Source: a virus
Taxonomy: Duplodnaviria; Heunggongvirae; Uroviricota; Caudoviricetes
Direction: 5' to 3' (one strand)
Virus record (IMG/VR): IMGVR_UViG_2718217885_000011
DNA length: 38,548 nucleotides
Shown here: one piece after another, positions 1-10,738 of the stretch
How positions within the stretch are numbered: position 1 is the stretch's first letter
Layout: each line of letters begins with the position of its first letter
Position numbers and translations under genes: made by a program
Notes under the pieces: generated by a model
What the model saw: the letters and a program-made list of their open reading frames with translations, nothing else
Told to the model about the DNA's origin: nothing
The model's database searches: none

Positions 1-258
1 ATGCAAACCGTTATTTTTGGTCGTCCGGGTTGCCCTTACTGTGTGCGTGCAAAAGATCTGGCTGAGAAATTGAGCAATGAACGCGATGATTTTCAGTATC
101 AGTATGTAGATATTCGTGCGGAAGGGATCACTAAAGAAGATCTACAACAAAAGGCAGGTAAACCCGTAGAAACCGTGCCGCAGATTTTTGTCGATCAGCA
201 ACATATCGGCGGCTATACCGATTTTGCTGCATGGGTGAAAGAAAATCTGGACGCCTGA
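1..258 (+). CDS. grxA: glutaredoxin 1
   Basis: 85-aa ORF beginning at ATG pos 1; CPYC active-site motif (GRPGCPYCVRAKDLA); full-length match by recollection to E. coli GrxA. Confidence 0.95.
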   Translation: MQTVIFGRPGCPYCVRAKDLAEKLSNERDDFQYQYVDIRAEGITKEDLQQKAGKPVETVPQIFVDQQHIGGYTDFAAWVKENLDA

Positions 259-267
259 TCGTCTGAC

Positions 268-300
268 AAGCCCTCGCGTTGAGGGCTTTACTGATTTTTT
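268..300. terminator. hairpin plus T-run between convergent grxA and ybjM (bidirectional intrinsic terminator)
   Basis: aagccctc-gcgtt-gagggctt followed by ctgatttttt; lies between the two convergent stop codons. Confidence 0.5.
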
Positions 301-665
301 CTGTGCTGTGGTTTAAACAAACTACTGATAAATAAGAAACACAGTGCCCCCAGCGCACACCAGAACACCGCGCTTAGTAACCATGCCAGCTCTTGCCAGA
401 ATGAGCGCGTCGGTGAAAAAAACAGCCGCATAATGAGCATCGAACAGGGTGCCGCCAGCATTGCGCCAAACAGAGGTTTCAGGACTTCTCTACGCTGTGA
501 AAAGAAGCTGGCGACTGCTCCAGGAAGAATGAAAAATAGCAAGCCGATTTCAGGATGCCCGGCAGCCCGAAAAGCGCCTTTCATGTGCGTCGCCAGAAAA
601 AGGCACACCACAATGAAGAGGACAAAACAGCAGATTGCCCCCGCCCAACGTTGTTTATGTTTCAC
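288..665 (-). CDS. ybjM: inner membrane protein YbjM
   Basis: 125-aa hydrophobic ORF; sequence and position between grxA and ybjL as in E. coli. Confidence 0.9.
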   Translation of the reverse strand: MKHKQRWAGAICCFVLFIVVCLFLATHMKGAFRAAGHPEIGLLFFILPGAVASFFSQRREVLKPLFGAMLAAPCSMLIMRLFFSPTRSFWQELAWLLSAVFWCALGALCFLFISSLFKPQHRKNQ

Positions 666-934
666 TCGTTCCTCCTGACACTGCGTCTATCGAACACATT
701 TTTCGCCAGTGTGGCGTTCAGTAAGATAAAGCCGCTTCGCATTCCATGCTAATATAGGCCAACGCAATTCATATAGCCGTTGATACCTAATGTGATTACA
801 CTAGTAAAATATATTGTTACTTTACTATCGTTTAGGTGCGCTGAATGAATCTGCGCCCTGAATTCTGGTAAAAAACATTATCGTAAATTACCATTTCTTT
901 CAACAGCTTACTAGTAAACAAGAAGTTAGCCTCC

Positions 935-2620
935 GTGAATATAAACGTCGCCGAATTGTTAAATGGGAATTACATTCTGTTATTATTTGTGGTCCTCGCG
1001 CTTGGGCTATGTCTCGGAAAGTTACGACTTGGTTCGATCCAACTGGGTAATTCCATTGGCGTTTTAGTCGTATCGCTGTTATTAGGCCAACAACATTTCA
1101 GCATTAACACCGATGCGCTTAATCTTGGCTTTATGCTGTTTATTTTCTGCGTCGGGGTCGAAGCCGGACCGAACTTTTTTTCCATTTTTTTTCGCGATGG
1201 GAAAAATTACCTAATGTTAGCACTGGTGATGGTTGGCAGTGCGCTGGTGATCGCCTTAGGGTTAGGTAAGCTGTTTGGCTGGGATATTGGCCTGACGGCC
1301 GGTATGTTAGCAGGCTCTATGACGTCGACACCGGTTCTGGTCGGTGCTGGCGATACACTGCGTCATTCCGGCATGGAAAGCAGGCAGCTCTCACTGGCAC
1401 TGGATAATCTGAGCCTCGGGTATGCCTTAACCTATTTAATCGGTCTGGTGAGTTTGATTGTTGGTGCGCGTTACTTGCCGAAATTGCAGCATCAGGACTT
1501 ACAGACCAGCGCCCAGCAAATCGCCCGCGAACGTGGCCTGGACACTGATGCCAACCGTAAGGTTTATTTACCGGTGATCCGCGCCTATCGCGTCGGCCCG
1601 GAGCTGGTGGCCTGGACCGACGGCAAAAATCTGCGTGAACTGGGTATTTATCGACAAACCGGCTGCTACATTGAACGTATTCGACGTAACGGGATTCTGG
1701 CAAATCCAGACGGTGATGCCGTGCTACAAATGGGCGATGAAATAGCGTTGGTAGGCTATCCCGACGCCCATGCCCGACTCGATCCCAGCTTCCGTAACGG
1801 TAAAGAAGTTTTCGATCGTGACCTTCTCGACATGCGTATCGTCACTGAAGAAGTGGTCGTTAAAAACCATAACGCTGTAGGTAAACGTCTCGCACAACTG
1901 AAGTTGACCGATCACGGTTGCTTCCTTAACCGCGTCATTCGTAGCCAGATTGAGATGCCGATAGATGACAACGTCGTGCTTAACAAAGGTGACGTTTTAC
2001 AAGTCAGCGGTGATGCCCGTCGCGTAAAAACCATCGCCGATCGCATCGGCTTTATCTCGATTCACAGCCAGGTCACTGACCTGCTGGCATTTTGCGCCTT
2101 CTTTGTTATTGGGCTGATGATCGGGATGATCACCTTCCAGTTCAGCACATTCAGTTTCGGCATGGGGAACGCTGCCGGGTTGTTATTCGCCGGAATTATG
2201 CTGGGCTTTATGCGTGCTAACCACCCGACCTTCGGTTACATTCCGCAAGGTGCATTAAGCATGGTGAAAGAGTTCGGCTTGATGGTGTTTATGGCAGGCG
2301 TTGGTCTGAGCGCCGGTAGCGGTATTAATAACGGCCTGGGCGCGATTGGCGGTCAGATGTTGATTGCCGGATTAATTGTCAGTCTTGTGCCCGTGGTTAT
2401 CTGTTTCTTGTTCGGTGCTTATGTATTGCGAATGAACCGCGCACTGTTGTTCGGCGCAATGATGGGCGCACGCACCTGCGCGCCGGCAATGGAGATCATC
2501 AGTGATACAGCTCGCAGTAACATCCCTGCGCTGGGCTACGCGGGCACCTACGCAATCGCCAACGTCCTGCTGACGCTGGCAGGGACAATCATCGTCATGG
2601 TATGGCCAGGATTAGGATAA
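935..2620 (+). CDS. ybjL: putative transporter YbjL (AspT/YidE/YbjL family, two TrkA-C domains)
   Basis: 561-aa polytopic membrane ORF with GTG start; recognised as E. coli YbjL over full length. Confidence 0.95.
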
Positions 2621-2732
2621 AACTGAAGTTGCCCTGAAAATGAAATTTTTTTGCACAACCGCAGAACTTTTCCGCAGGGCATCAGTCTTAATTAGTGCCA
2701 CTGCTTTTCTTTGATGTCCCCATTTTGTGGAG

Positions 2733-2776
2733 CCCATCAACCCCGCCATTTCGGTTCAAGGTTGATGGGTTTTTTG
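2733..2776 (+). terminator. rho-independent terminator downstream of ybjL
   Basis: perfect 10-bp stem cccatcaacc / ggttgatggg with 17-nt loop followed by TTTTTTG. Confidence 0.6.
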
Positions 2777-2855
2777 TTGCCTGAAATTTATGCCTTTTAA
2801 AATCATGATGTTAGAAGCACTGTTTTTTAACGATGGCGACATAATGGCGGCAGCG

Positions 2856-3074
2856 TCAAAGAGAGAGCGCCACCTGTCCTGATTTCATTGGATGCGGCTG
2901 AACCGGATTTGACTCTTTTGGCGTTGCAATCGAACGAACAAAAGTTTCATGGGTAACAAAAGTATGGCTGCAGTTAATGTTCTGGCACTGGTTGTAACGC
3001 TCTTTGGTCAATGAAGATACCTGAAAACTGCTGCGAGTATGGGCGGCACTTCCACACAGTGGGCAAATCATCAT
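2856..3074 (-). CDS. ogr: Ogr/B-family zinc-finger late transcription activator
   Basis: CPLCG...CQNINCSHTF C4 zinc-finger pattern as in P2 Ogr; probable start at internal Met (MICPLCG) giving ~72 aa; ORF track extends to 3107. Confidence 0.8.
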   Translation of the reverse strand: MMICPLCGSAAHTRSSFQVSSLTKERYNQCQNINCSHTFVTHETFVRSIATPKESNPVQPHPMKSGQVALSL

Positions 3075-3164
3075 TTTTCGAGTTCTCCCCATTTTTGCTA
3101 AATTCACAACAATGATACCGCATTATTCCATTTTGCAAACTTAAAAGTTCTCCATTGCGAAGAA

Positions 3165-4265
3165 TCATTCCATTTCGAAATCATCAATCCTCACTTCAAG
3201 CTCCAGACTGGTTGTAAAACCGTTATCCGGGCTGACGGTATGTGTCAGAGTCGTAATGGTCCATTCCGCATCATCTATCGGCTGTTTAAAACCACTGACC
3301 TTCACAGGCATTTCCGTGTAGAGATCTGCCCGCCCTTCTGCCAGTTGTAGCGAAAATGACGCAACGCCGCGTTGCAGGCGTTCCCACTGCATTTTCGCCG
3401 CTCGTTCGGCGTTGCTCCGGTTGGCATAAGTGCGATTAAGTACCAGCACGTTTTCATCCGTACCCACCAGGTAATCGCCCTGCTTCGCTTCTGGCTCTTT
3501 CTTCTGCTTCTTAGTTCTGCGCTTACGCTTCACCGTGGTGCTTTCTTTCTTTGCAGGTTCGCGGGTATGCAACCAGCTGGCAATTACGCCCGTGTAGGCT
3601 CCGCGATCTGCTAGGGTAAATCGGTGACTGTCGCCGTCCTTGCGTGTGATAGTGATCACTGGCAGAGGTTTACCAGTGGCGCTTTTGCCCTGCCCCTGCC
3701 GGATGAATAACAGATTGCCATTTTTCACCGACGCGATGGCACCGTACTGTCGCGCCAGCCGCATCAGAAAACTGCCGTCACTCTCATTAGTCTGGTCTAT
3801 ATGCTCCACTGGCTTATCCGACAGGTCTTTACCCAGTGCCATCTTCAGCTTGTGCCGCGCGGCTATTTCCTTCACCACTTCCCCGACGGTGGTCTTATGC
3901 CACGATTTTTCACGGCGGGTATTCAGCGTTTCCCGAAAATCAGCACTTCGCGCCCGGATAGTCAGGCGGTCCGGTGCGCCAGTGTGTTCAATCTCGTCCA
4001 CTGTGAATGCCCCTTTCGGGAAAAGCGGCTGCCCCTTCCAGCCCAGCGCCAGCGTAATAACCGCACCACGGCGCGGCAGCACGATTTTTCCGTCAGCGTC
4101 ATCCAGCTCCAGATCAAGCTGGTCCGCTTCAAAGCCCCGGTTATCCGTCAGCGTCAAACTCATCAGGCGGTTATCCAGCACAGTGGTGATATCCCTGCCC
4201 TCAATACTGATGCTGAATGCGGGAGTTTTGTTGCCTTTGTTAAGCAGTTCAGAGCTGAAATTCAC
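3165..4265 (-). CDS. tail protein D (late control gene D)
   Basis: 366-aa ORF, position and size as P2 gpD, immediately upstream of ogr and overlapping U stop. Confidence 0.9.
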   Translation of the reverse strand: MNFSSELLNKGNKTPAFSISIEGRDITTVLDNRLMSLTLTDNRGFEADQLDLELDDADGKIVLPRRGAVITLALGWKGQPLFPKGAFTVDEIEHTGAPDRLTIRARSADFRETLNTRREKSWHKTTVGEVVKEIAARHKLKMALGKDLSDKPVEHIDQTNESDGSFLMRLARQYGAIASVKNGNLLFIRQGQGKSATGKPLPVITITRKDGDSHRFTLADRGAYTGVIASWLHTREPAKKESTTVKRKRRTKKQKKEPEAKQGDYLVGTDENVLVLNRTYANRSNAERAAKMQWERLQRGVASFSLQLAEGRADLYTEMPVKVSGFKQPIDDAEWTITTLTHTVSPDNGFTTSLELEVRIDDFEME

Positions 4266-4747
4266 GACAGCAGCCCTCCCACCGTTTTACTGATATCGCT
4301 TAAGGCAGACGTTGCCGTGTCCTGCAGATTATTCAGTTGCGCACTGAGATCACCGAACATATCGGACAGGGATTCATCCACTCGTTTGAGCGACAGGGTG
4401 AACTCAATCCGGCGCGGCATACCGTCGCGGAAAAACTCCGTTTTAGTCTGATTCAGTCCCTCAATCACATACATGCCGTAAATCGTGCCGCTGCCTTCAA
4501 TCAGGGGCCATGCTTTCCCCTGTTCTGCCATCTGCTCCAGTGCCAGCAACGACAGCCTGCCGCCTGTTATTTCCGGCATAAGAACACCGGAAAGCGTCAG
4601 CATGTCGTTTTCCGGTCCCAGAAACTGCGTGGACGGACGTCGGTTTACCCGACTGTTTGCCGCATGTCGCCAGCTGCGTTGATACTGCAGTTCCTGATAC
4701 GGAACGGTGCGCAGCATAAACACGTACAATCCCAGCACCATCATCAT
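4262..4747 (-). CDS. tail protein U
   Basis: 161-aa ORF, translationally coupled between T and D as in P2. Confidence 0.9.
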   Translation of the reverse strand: MMMVLGLYVFMLRTVPYQELQYQRSWRHAANSRVNRRPSTQFLGPENDMLTLSGVLMPEITGGRLSLLALEQMAEQGKAWPLIEGSGTIYGMYVIEGLNQTKTEFFRDGMPRRIEFTLSLKRVDESLSDMFGDLSAQLNNLQDTATSALSDISKTVGGLLS

Positions 4748-7700
4748 GCGTCGTATCCCCCCTGATCGCTGTAGTTACTCCTGGCTTTTGCCTTCAGCCT
4801 GCGTTCACGTTCATCAAGCTGGCGTGCCACCTCCCGCGCAATATCCTGCGCACTTTGTCCTAGCTGCGTCTGAATGATGATCTGCGTCGGTGCCTCAATC
4901 CGTTGAACGAGCGGCACAGTGGCTGCGCGACTCACAATTGCTTCTCCACCTTTCGCGGGAAGTGCCAAAGGGTGCAACGGTGGAAGCTCTGCTGGCGCGG
5001 CAGCAACGCCCATCATTCCGGCAACAACGGCAGCCAGTGCAGCTGTATTTCTCCGGCTGGTCACATTTGCCGGGCCGTTAACAATTTCCGGCCCGTTTTC
5101 ACCGACGATGCCAAACTGCCCGCGCGGGATATACCCGCCGCTGTCATACATCCCCGCAAAGCCATATCCCCATGATGGAAAACCACCCGATGGCATCATC
5201 ACTTTACCGTCTGCATTCACCGTCGCAGGTTGCTGACGCGTCACGCTTTCCGGCAGTTTTGCCTTTGCGGCCTCTTTACTGACAATGCCGAGCTTCTCCA
5301 GCAACCAGGAAACGCCGGATTTCAGGGAGTCCAGCGGATGCATGACCATATTCAGCCCTTCCGCCAGTGCCTCCCCGAATCGCCGCCCCATTGCCGCTGC
5401 GCTCTGCAGTTCGGCAGCGGTCGACTTAACGGGCGTCAGCAGATCAGTAAACCAGCCCCACAGCGCCTGCACTTTGTCGCCAATCCACTGGAACACGGGC
5501 TTAAGCGGTTCGAACGCTGCACTGATGGGACCTGCCGCCGCTTTGAATCCTTCCACCACGCCACCGAGAAATGCGGTGATGGGTTGCCAGTATTTCCAGA
5601 CAACCAGCGCCACGCCCGCCAGTGCAGTAACCACAAGACCTATCGGACTGAGCAGAGCACCTAACAGACCAGATATGGCATACAGGGCAACGCGCAGCAT
5701 CGCCAGTGGACCAGATGCCAGTACTCGCAGCACCGTGCCTGCGGCGGCCAGTCCACCGCGCAGTACCGCCAGAGGATTCATAAACATCACAGCAACAGCA
5801 CGTAAACCGGATAATCCAGACCGCAAAAGTGCAACCGGCGCACCTGCTACAGTTTTCAGGACATTTCCCGTCAGTGATGCCGTGCGGCGCAAAGACGACA
5901 ACGGCGCAGTAAGTAAACCTGCGGCGTTGCCCGATGAAGCAAGCCCGCGTCGCAGCAGTGCCAGTGGTGCGCCAGCCAGCCAGGACAACGCGCTGCTGGT
6001 TCGAGTTACTGCTGCCGTAACGGAAGATAACGTTTTGATACCCAACACAGAGAATCCCAGACGGATCACTGCCAGCGGCCCCAGCACTGCAGCCAGCGCC
6101 ACCGCTAAGGTGCCGAGGCCGACGGTAACCGCAGCCACAACAGCCGATGCTTTCATCAGTGTGCCTGTCAGTTCCGGGTTAGCTTCCACCCAGCGACGCA
6201 ACGCCCCCGTGACGCTTTTCACCGTGTACAGAATATCCATCAGCGGCTGGCGCAGCGTTTCGCCCAGGCTGCTGAAGGTGTTCTGCGCTCCGGTTTTGAC
6301 CAGCAACCACTGCGCAGAAAGTGAATCCTTGTTAATGTCGGATTCTTTCTGCATGGAGCCGAGCGCATCATTGCCCGCTGTCAGTTTTAACTGACGCTGC
6401 AGTTCCGGCAGGTTGTTTGCCAGTTTCGCCGCGTCATCGCCAAACTCTTTACCAAACAACATAGTCATGGCAGACAGGCGCTTGTCCTGCGGCAGCGCGT
6501 TTACCTTCTCCAGCACGCGCTGGATGGTTCCCATCGCATCCTTCGTCATCTGCTTTTCAATCACTTCAGGATTGAGTTTCAGCAGATTCATCCCTTCAAA
6601 GAAACTCTTGCTTTGCATGGTGGCAATGGACAATTCACGCACCATCGCGTTTGCTGCACTGGCTGCAACCTCTGGCGCAGCGCCCAGTGTCAGGAAGGTG
6701 GAACCCAGCGCCGCCGCTTTACGATAATCCAGACGGTCAGCCACACCGCCCAGACGTTGCATCACATCAATGATGTCTGCCCCTTTCGACATGGCGTTAT
6801 CATCCAGATAGTTCAGCGCATCACCGAGCTGTTCAATATTGCGGGTGGGGATTTTGTAGAGCTGGGCGATTTTCCCCAGACTTTCTGACAGTTCATCCGC
6901 TGGCAGCTCAAAGGCTGTTGCCGCCTTTGCTGCCGTACTGGCGAAGGCCAGCAGGTCACGTTTCTGATCTTCCCAGCTGTCGTCAGGGTTTGCGACGTTC
7001 ATGCGCGCACCACCTTCAACCAGTGCAGCGAAGTCCACCGCACCGTTTTCCATCGGCAACTGTTCGCTGGCAGCCTTGATGGCATCCTGCATTTCATAAA
7101 AACGTGCAGTGCGGTTGCCATTATCGTCACGCAGACCATTGACCTGCTTTGCCACACCTTTCATGGCATCTTCCATGCTGGTATAGCTTTTTACTGCCGC
7201 CATCACTGGCGCACCCATTGCCAGCCCTGCAGCCGTGGTGGTGGCTCCGGCACCTGCAATACGATCACGCACCTCCAGCGAACGGGCATAACTGGCACGC
7301 GCTGCATTCATCCTGCGCTGAGCTTCCCCCAGTCGCTTCAGCCGCGCCTCCTGTTTCGAAAGTTCCTGGTTATAACGTGATGTTTCACGGGCTAAACGGG
7401 CAGTTGCTCCCGCATCGTCTTTCGCAGAAATTCCCGCCCGGTACAGTTCAGCACGCACAAGCGCCGTCTGCTGCTGCAGCTTTTTCTGGCGTTCTTCCAG
7501 GCGCTGAACAGCCAGCCGTTGACGGCCCAGAGCAACAACCTGACGTTGCGAAGGCGGCCCCATCGCTCCCAGTTCCTGACTGAGCAAATTTGCACGCTGG
7601 CGGGCATAGTTCAGCCTGTCGCCTAATTTCTGATTTTCTGCCTGCAGCTTTCGGAAGCTGTCCAGACTGATCCCGGCCTGATCAAGCTGCTTTATTGCAT

Positions 7701-7821
7701 CGCGGGATTTTTTGACAGCAGCAGCCAGTTCTCTTGAACTGGCCTGCGCAGCACGGAATGGGCGGGTGAGTTTGTCAACCGCATTAAGAATGACCTGCAG
7801 ACGCAGGTTATTATCACTCAT
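4744..7821 (-). CDS. tail tape measure protein T
   Basis: 1025-aa ORF, coiled-coil N-terminal region and Ala/Gly/Leu-rich repeats typical of tape measure proteins. Confidence 0.9.
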   Translation of the reverse strand: MSDNNLRLQVILNAVDKLTRPFRAAQASSRELAAAVKKSRDAIKQLDQAGISLDSFRKLQAENQKLGDRLNYARQRANLLSQELGAMGPPSQRQVVALGRQRLAVQRLEERQKKLQQQTALVRAELYRAGISAKDDAGATARLARETSRYNQELSKQEARLKRLGEAQRRMNAARASYARSLEVRDRIAGAGATTTAAGLAMGAPVMAAVKSYTSMEDAMKGVAKQVNGLRDDNGNRTARFYEMQDAIKAASEQLPMENGAVDFAALVEGGARMNVANPDDSWEDQKRDLLAFASTAAKAATAFELPADELSESLGKIAQLYKIPTRNIEQLGDALNYLDDNAMSKGADIIDVMQRLGGVADRLDYRKAAALGSTFLTLGAAPEVAASAANAMVRELSIATMQSKSFFEGMNLLKLNPEVIEKQMTKDAMGTIQRVLEKVNALPQDKRLSAMTMLFGKEFGDDAAKLANNLPELQRQLKLTAGNDALGSMQKESDINKDSLSAQWLLVKTGAQNTFSSLGETLRQPLMDILYTVKSVTGALRRWVEANPELTGTLMKASAVVAAVTVGLGTLAVALAAVLGPLAVIRLGFSVLGIKTLSSVTAAVTRTSSALSWLAGAPLALLRRGLASSGNAAGLLTAPLSSLRRTASLTGNVLKTVAGAPVALLRSGLSGLRAVAVMFMNPLAVLRGGLAAAGTVLRVLASGPLAMLRVALYAISGLLGALLSPIGLVVTALAGVALVVWKYWQPITAFLGGVVEGFKAAAGPISAAFEPLKPVFQWIGDKVQALWGWFTDLLTPVKSTAAELQSAAAMGRRFGEALAEGLNMVMHPLDSLKSGVSWLLEKLGIVSKEAAKAKLPESVTRQQPATVNADGKVMMPSGGFPSWGYGFAGMYDSGGYIPRGQFGIVGENGPEIVNGPANVTSRRNTAALAAVVAGMMGVAAAPAELPPLHPLALPAKGGEAIVSRAATVPLVQRIEAPTQIIIQTQLGQSAQDIAREVARQLDERERRLKAKARSNYSDQGGYDA

Positions 7822-7947
7822 CGTTGGCCCCGCTTCTCTGAATCGCTTTATACCGCCATTCCAGCACTTCGGTCAGCGGCATAACGTCAGTAACGGATGG
7901 CGGCCAGTGAAAGATGGTGGCGATATCTGCCACCAGATCGTCAACCG

Positions 7948-8250
7948 TCAGGCTGTCGGTAAACCGGCAAGCACCGACTTCTTCAACAAAAAAGTGACAA
8001 CCTCAACCGACATGGCAGTGAGATCTGCCGGGTCCATCTCTGCAATTTCCTGTGCAGTCAGTGCCGGGCTGGAGATGCGGGGGATCACGGTCATCATCGC
8101 GTTCACATCCATATCCATAATCGCCTGCAGGCGTGTACCGCGCAGCGCACCGGACTGCGGTTTACGCAGCACAATTTCGGTGATTTCTGTTTTACCGCGC
8201 TTGATGGGGGTATCCAGTTGAATAGTCTTTTCAGTCTGCTTATCGCTCAT
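7948..8250 (-). CDS. tail assembly chaperone E; an E+E' frameshift product would extend to ~7814
   Basis: 100-aa ORF upstream of T; a -1 frame stays open from the TTTTTTG heptamer to a stop overlapping the T start codon. Confidence 0.85.
   Translation of the reverse strand: MSDKQTEKTIQLDTPIKRGKTEITEIVLRKPQSGALRGTRLQAIMDMDVNAMMTVIPRISSPALTAQEIAEMDPADLTAMSVEVVTFLLKKSVLAGLPTA
7987..7993 (-). other. slippery heptamer TTTTTTG, candidate -1 programmed frameshift site for E+E'
   Basis: T TTT TTG in the E frame (codons F-L) 14 codons before the E stop; -1 frame open to ~7814. Confidence 0.5.
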
Positions 8251-8304
8251 TTTGCTGTCCTGTAAATTGGGTTCTGGCGCGGTATCCCGCGCCGTTCAGA
8301 TACA

Positions 8305-8820
8305 TCAGAGGCCGAGGGCGTTGCGGTGCGCTTCCATCAGGTCCACACCGTCCACAATTTCCACCATGTTGATAAGGTCCACTTCATAGAGCACCTCACC
8401 ATTTATAGTCAGCTTCGCGTAGCTGTTGGTACTGGTCACTTTGGTGGTGTTGCTTTCGCCCGTCTTCCACTCGCCGGAATCCACTTCTTTGTGACGTCCA
8501 CGCACCACAAGCTCCACGGCCTGCACTTCCCCGGTATCGTCACGCTGGATAGAGCCGGTAAAGCGCAACTGGATACCATCCACCGTGGCTTTGCCCATCT
8601 GCTTAAACAGCAGCAGTTCAGTACCACCAATGGAAAATTCCGTATCCAGTGCGCCGTCATCCAGCCCCAGATCCACATCCACTGCACCCGGCATTCCGCC
8701 GCCGCGATACTTCTCATATTTGCGGGTAAATTTCGGCAGCGTCAGCGACTCAACGATCCCCTGCCAGTTGTTCCCGTCGTTAAACAGGTTCAGGTGTTTT
8801 AATTTGCGTGGTAAAGCCAT
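8305..8820 (-). CDS. tail tube protein FII
   Basis: 171-aa ORF, P2 FII position and size. Confidence 0.9.
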   Translation of the reverse strand: MALPRKLKHLNLFNDGNNWQGIVESLTLPKFTRKYEKYRGGGMPGAVDVDLGLDDGALDTEFSIGGTELLLFKQMGKATVDGIQLRFTGSIQRDDTGEVQAVELVVRGRHKEVDSGEWKTGESNTTKVTSTNSYAKLTINGEVLYEVDLINMVEIVDGVDLMEAHRNALGL

Positions 8821-8829
8821 GTTGTCCCC

Positions 8830-10002
8830 TTACGCGCTGACCTGGCTGGCGAAATTCACCAGGTACTGATCGGTGATGCGCTGACGCAGCATCAGGTTTT
8901 CAAGTGGCGGCACTGGCGTGTAGTCGTAGTCGATGGTGAGTTTTCCGGCTTTCAGCGTGTCTTTGTCGTTCACCGACTCATCCAGCCAGCAATCACCACC
9001 AATGAGATAGCCCTGACTGACCAGGCTGCGCATTTTGGCGCGGATACCCTCGATAATGTCGCGCGCCAGCGACGGGTTAAGCGGTTTATCCACCGCCCAC
9101 ATGTGTGCTTCTGCCATCGTGTCCATCAGCACCTGCGCCGTGCGGGTGTAGTTTTCGAAGGCAAAGAGCGGGTCATCACTCAGGCAGCGGGAACCCCAGA
9201 AGCGGAAACCGTCTTTACGCACAAGCGTGGTGACGTCGTTCTGGTTCAGCAGACCTGCATCGGTTGCCGGGTCCTGCAGATCCCAGAACACATCTGCAGA
9301 AATTCCGGTGACACCGTTCACGCCCACGTTGGACAGGCTTTTGTGCCATCCGGTCTGCTCGTCAATTTTGGCGCGCAGACCAAGCGCACGGGCGGTAGCA
9401 TATGCCGTTGCTTCGGCATTCAGCACCGTGTCCCAGCCAGTAAAGTCAGGCCAGATCAGCATCCCTTCGCGCTGGCTGAAGTTTTCGCGGTAAGTGATCG
9501 CCTCCTGCACTGTCTTGCAGCCATACGCTGACAGGTAAGCAAATCCACGCAGGCTTTGCGCCACGCCCAGCAACTCAGTAGCTACCGCCTTGGTGTCGTG
9601 GCCTGGCACGCCGAGAATGCGCGGTTTAACGCCGAGCTGTGACTGGGCAGATAACAGGGCTTTCATACCTGTTTTTTTACCTTCAGCAGTCACTGCGCCG
9701 ATGATATTGGTCGTGGTTTCGTCTTCCGTTTCACCCTGCGGCACACGCACAACAATGGTCACGGGTTTTGCCTGGTCAGCGATGGCATCCAGCGAACGGG
9801 CCAGAGTACCTGACTCACCCGCTTTACCGCTGGCAGTCAGCACATCAGTGATCAGCACGGGTTTATTAAGAGGAAACATTTTTGCATCGGCATCATCGCC
9901 CGTGCAGACCATACCCACGATGGCGGTGCTCACCGTGGTAATAGATCGGGTGCCTTCGTTGACTTCAACAACGCGCACCCCGTGGTGGTAATCCTGAGCC
10001 AT
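8830..10002 (-). CDS. contractile tail sheath protein FI
   Basis: 390-aa ORF, P2 FI position and size. Confidence 0.9.
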   Translation of the reverse strand: MAQDYHHGVRVVEVNEGTRSITTVSTAIVGMVCTGDDADAKMFPLNKPVLITDVLTASGKAGESGTLARSLDAIADQAKPVTIVVRVPQGETEDETTTNIIGAVTAEGKKTGMKALLSAQSQLGVKPRILGVPGHDTKAVATELLGVAQSLRGFAYLSAYGCKTVQEAITYRENFSQREGMLIWPDFTGWDTVLNAEATAYATARALGLRAKIDEQTGWHKSLSNVGVNGVTGISADVFWDLQDPATDAGLLNQNDVTTLVRKDGFRFWGSRCLSDDPLFAFENYTRTAQVLMDTMAEAHMWAVDKPLNPSLARDIIEGIRAKMRSLVSQGYLIGGDCWLDESVNDKDTLKAGKLTIDYDYTPVPPLENLMLRQRITDQYLVNFASQVSA

Positions 10003-10078
10003 AGTGGCGAACCTCCTGATTGGATTAGGCTTCGCCCTATGTTGAAGTGATTGTGCCTGACAAACAGCTAAGCGCAGT

Positions 10079-10096
10079 TGTGTCGTTATTCACACA
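10079..10096. promoter_or_regulatory. candidate Ogr-dependent late promoter element (TGT-N12-ACA dyad) upstream of FI
   Basis: TTGTGT-cgttattc-ACACAA palindrome about 85 bp upstream of the FI start codon. Confidence 0.4.
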
Positions 10097-10144
10097 AAAT
10101 AACGGTATTTGTCTGCTTGCAGGGATAATCAACATAATGCTGAT

Positions 10145-10711
10145 TCAGGGGGATTCATTGATCTTATTTGCCGGAAATTTTCTATAAATGGTAGAAACGC
10201 CTACATCAAAAATCAGTGCAATACGCTGTCTTGATTCTCCGGCCTCGAGTAAACGCCCAATCTGTGCCCACTGTTCGGTGGTCAACTTAGGACGGCGTCC
10301 ACCTACTCTGCCTTTGGCACGAGCTGCAGCCAGCCCTGCCCTGGTACGTTCAACTATCAGTTCGCGTTCCATTTCAGCTAGGGCACCCATGACATGAAAA
10401 AAGAAACGGCCCATTGGGGTACTGGTATCAATACTGTCAGTCAGGCTTCTGAAATTCACACCACGCTGGCGCAACTCTTCTATCAGCGTAACAAGATGCC
10501 GCATACTGCGCCCCAACCTGTCCAGCTTCCAGACAACCAGCGTGTCTCCTGCCGATAGTGTCCTGAGTAGTTTTTTCAGCCCCGGTCTGTCGGACTTAGT
10601 GCCACTGATTTTGTCCTCAAAAATCCGCTCACATCCCGCGCAGTTCAGTGCATTACGTTGCAAATCGGTGTTCTGGTCATTTGTTGACACGCGTACATAG
10701 CCAATAAGCAT
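10145..10711 (-). CDS. serine recombinase, DNA invertase of Pin/Gin/Cin/Hin family
   Basis: N-terminal GYVRVSTNDQ catalytic serine motif, C-terminal HTH; near-identity in motif blocks to E. coli e14 Pin by recollection; second ATG chosen for SD spacing. Confidence 0.9.
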   Translation of the reverse strand: MLIGYVRVSTNDQNTDLQRNALNCAGCERIFEDKISGTKSDRPGLKKLLRTLSAGDTLVVWKLDRLGRSMRHLVTLIEELRQRGVNFRSLTDSIDTSTPMGRFFFHVMGALAEMERELIVERTRAGLAAARAKGRVGGRRPKLTTEQWAQIGRLLEAGESRQRIALIFDVGVSTIYRKFPANKINESP

Positions 10712-10738
10712 GATCATCCCCCTGAATAAAAACCGGAG

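Noticed and set aside
433-752. ORFs 433..678 and 555..752 on the plus strand
   Set aside because: Overlap ybjM on the opposite strand and run into the ybjM/ybjL promoter region; basic low-complexity translation.
4890-7583. Numerous long plus-strand ORFs (for example 5285..6394, 369 aa; 5230..5664; 6413..6727; 7149..7583)
   Set aside because: All lie antisense within the tape-measure gene T; Pro/Ala/Ser/Arg-rich low-complexity translations typical of spurious ORFs opposite a GC-rich gene.
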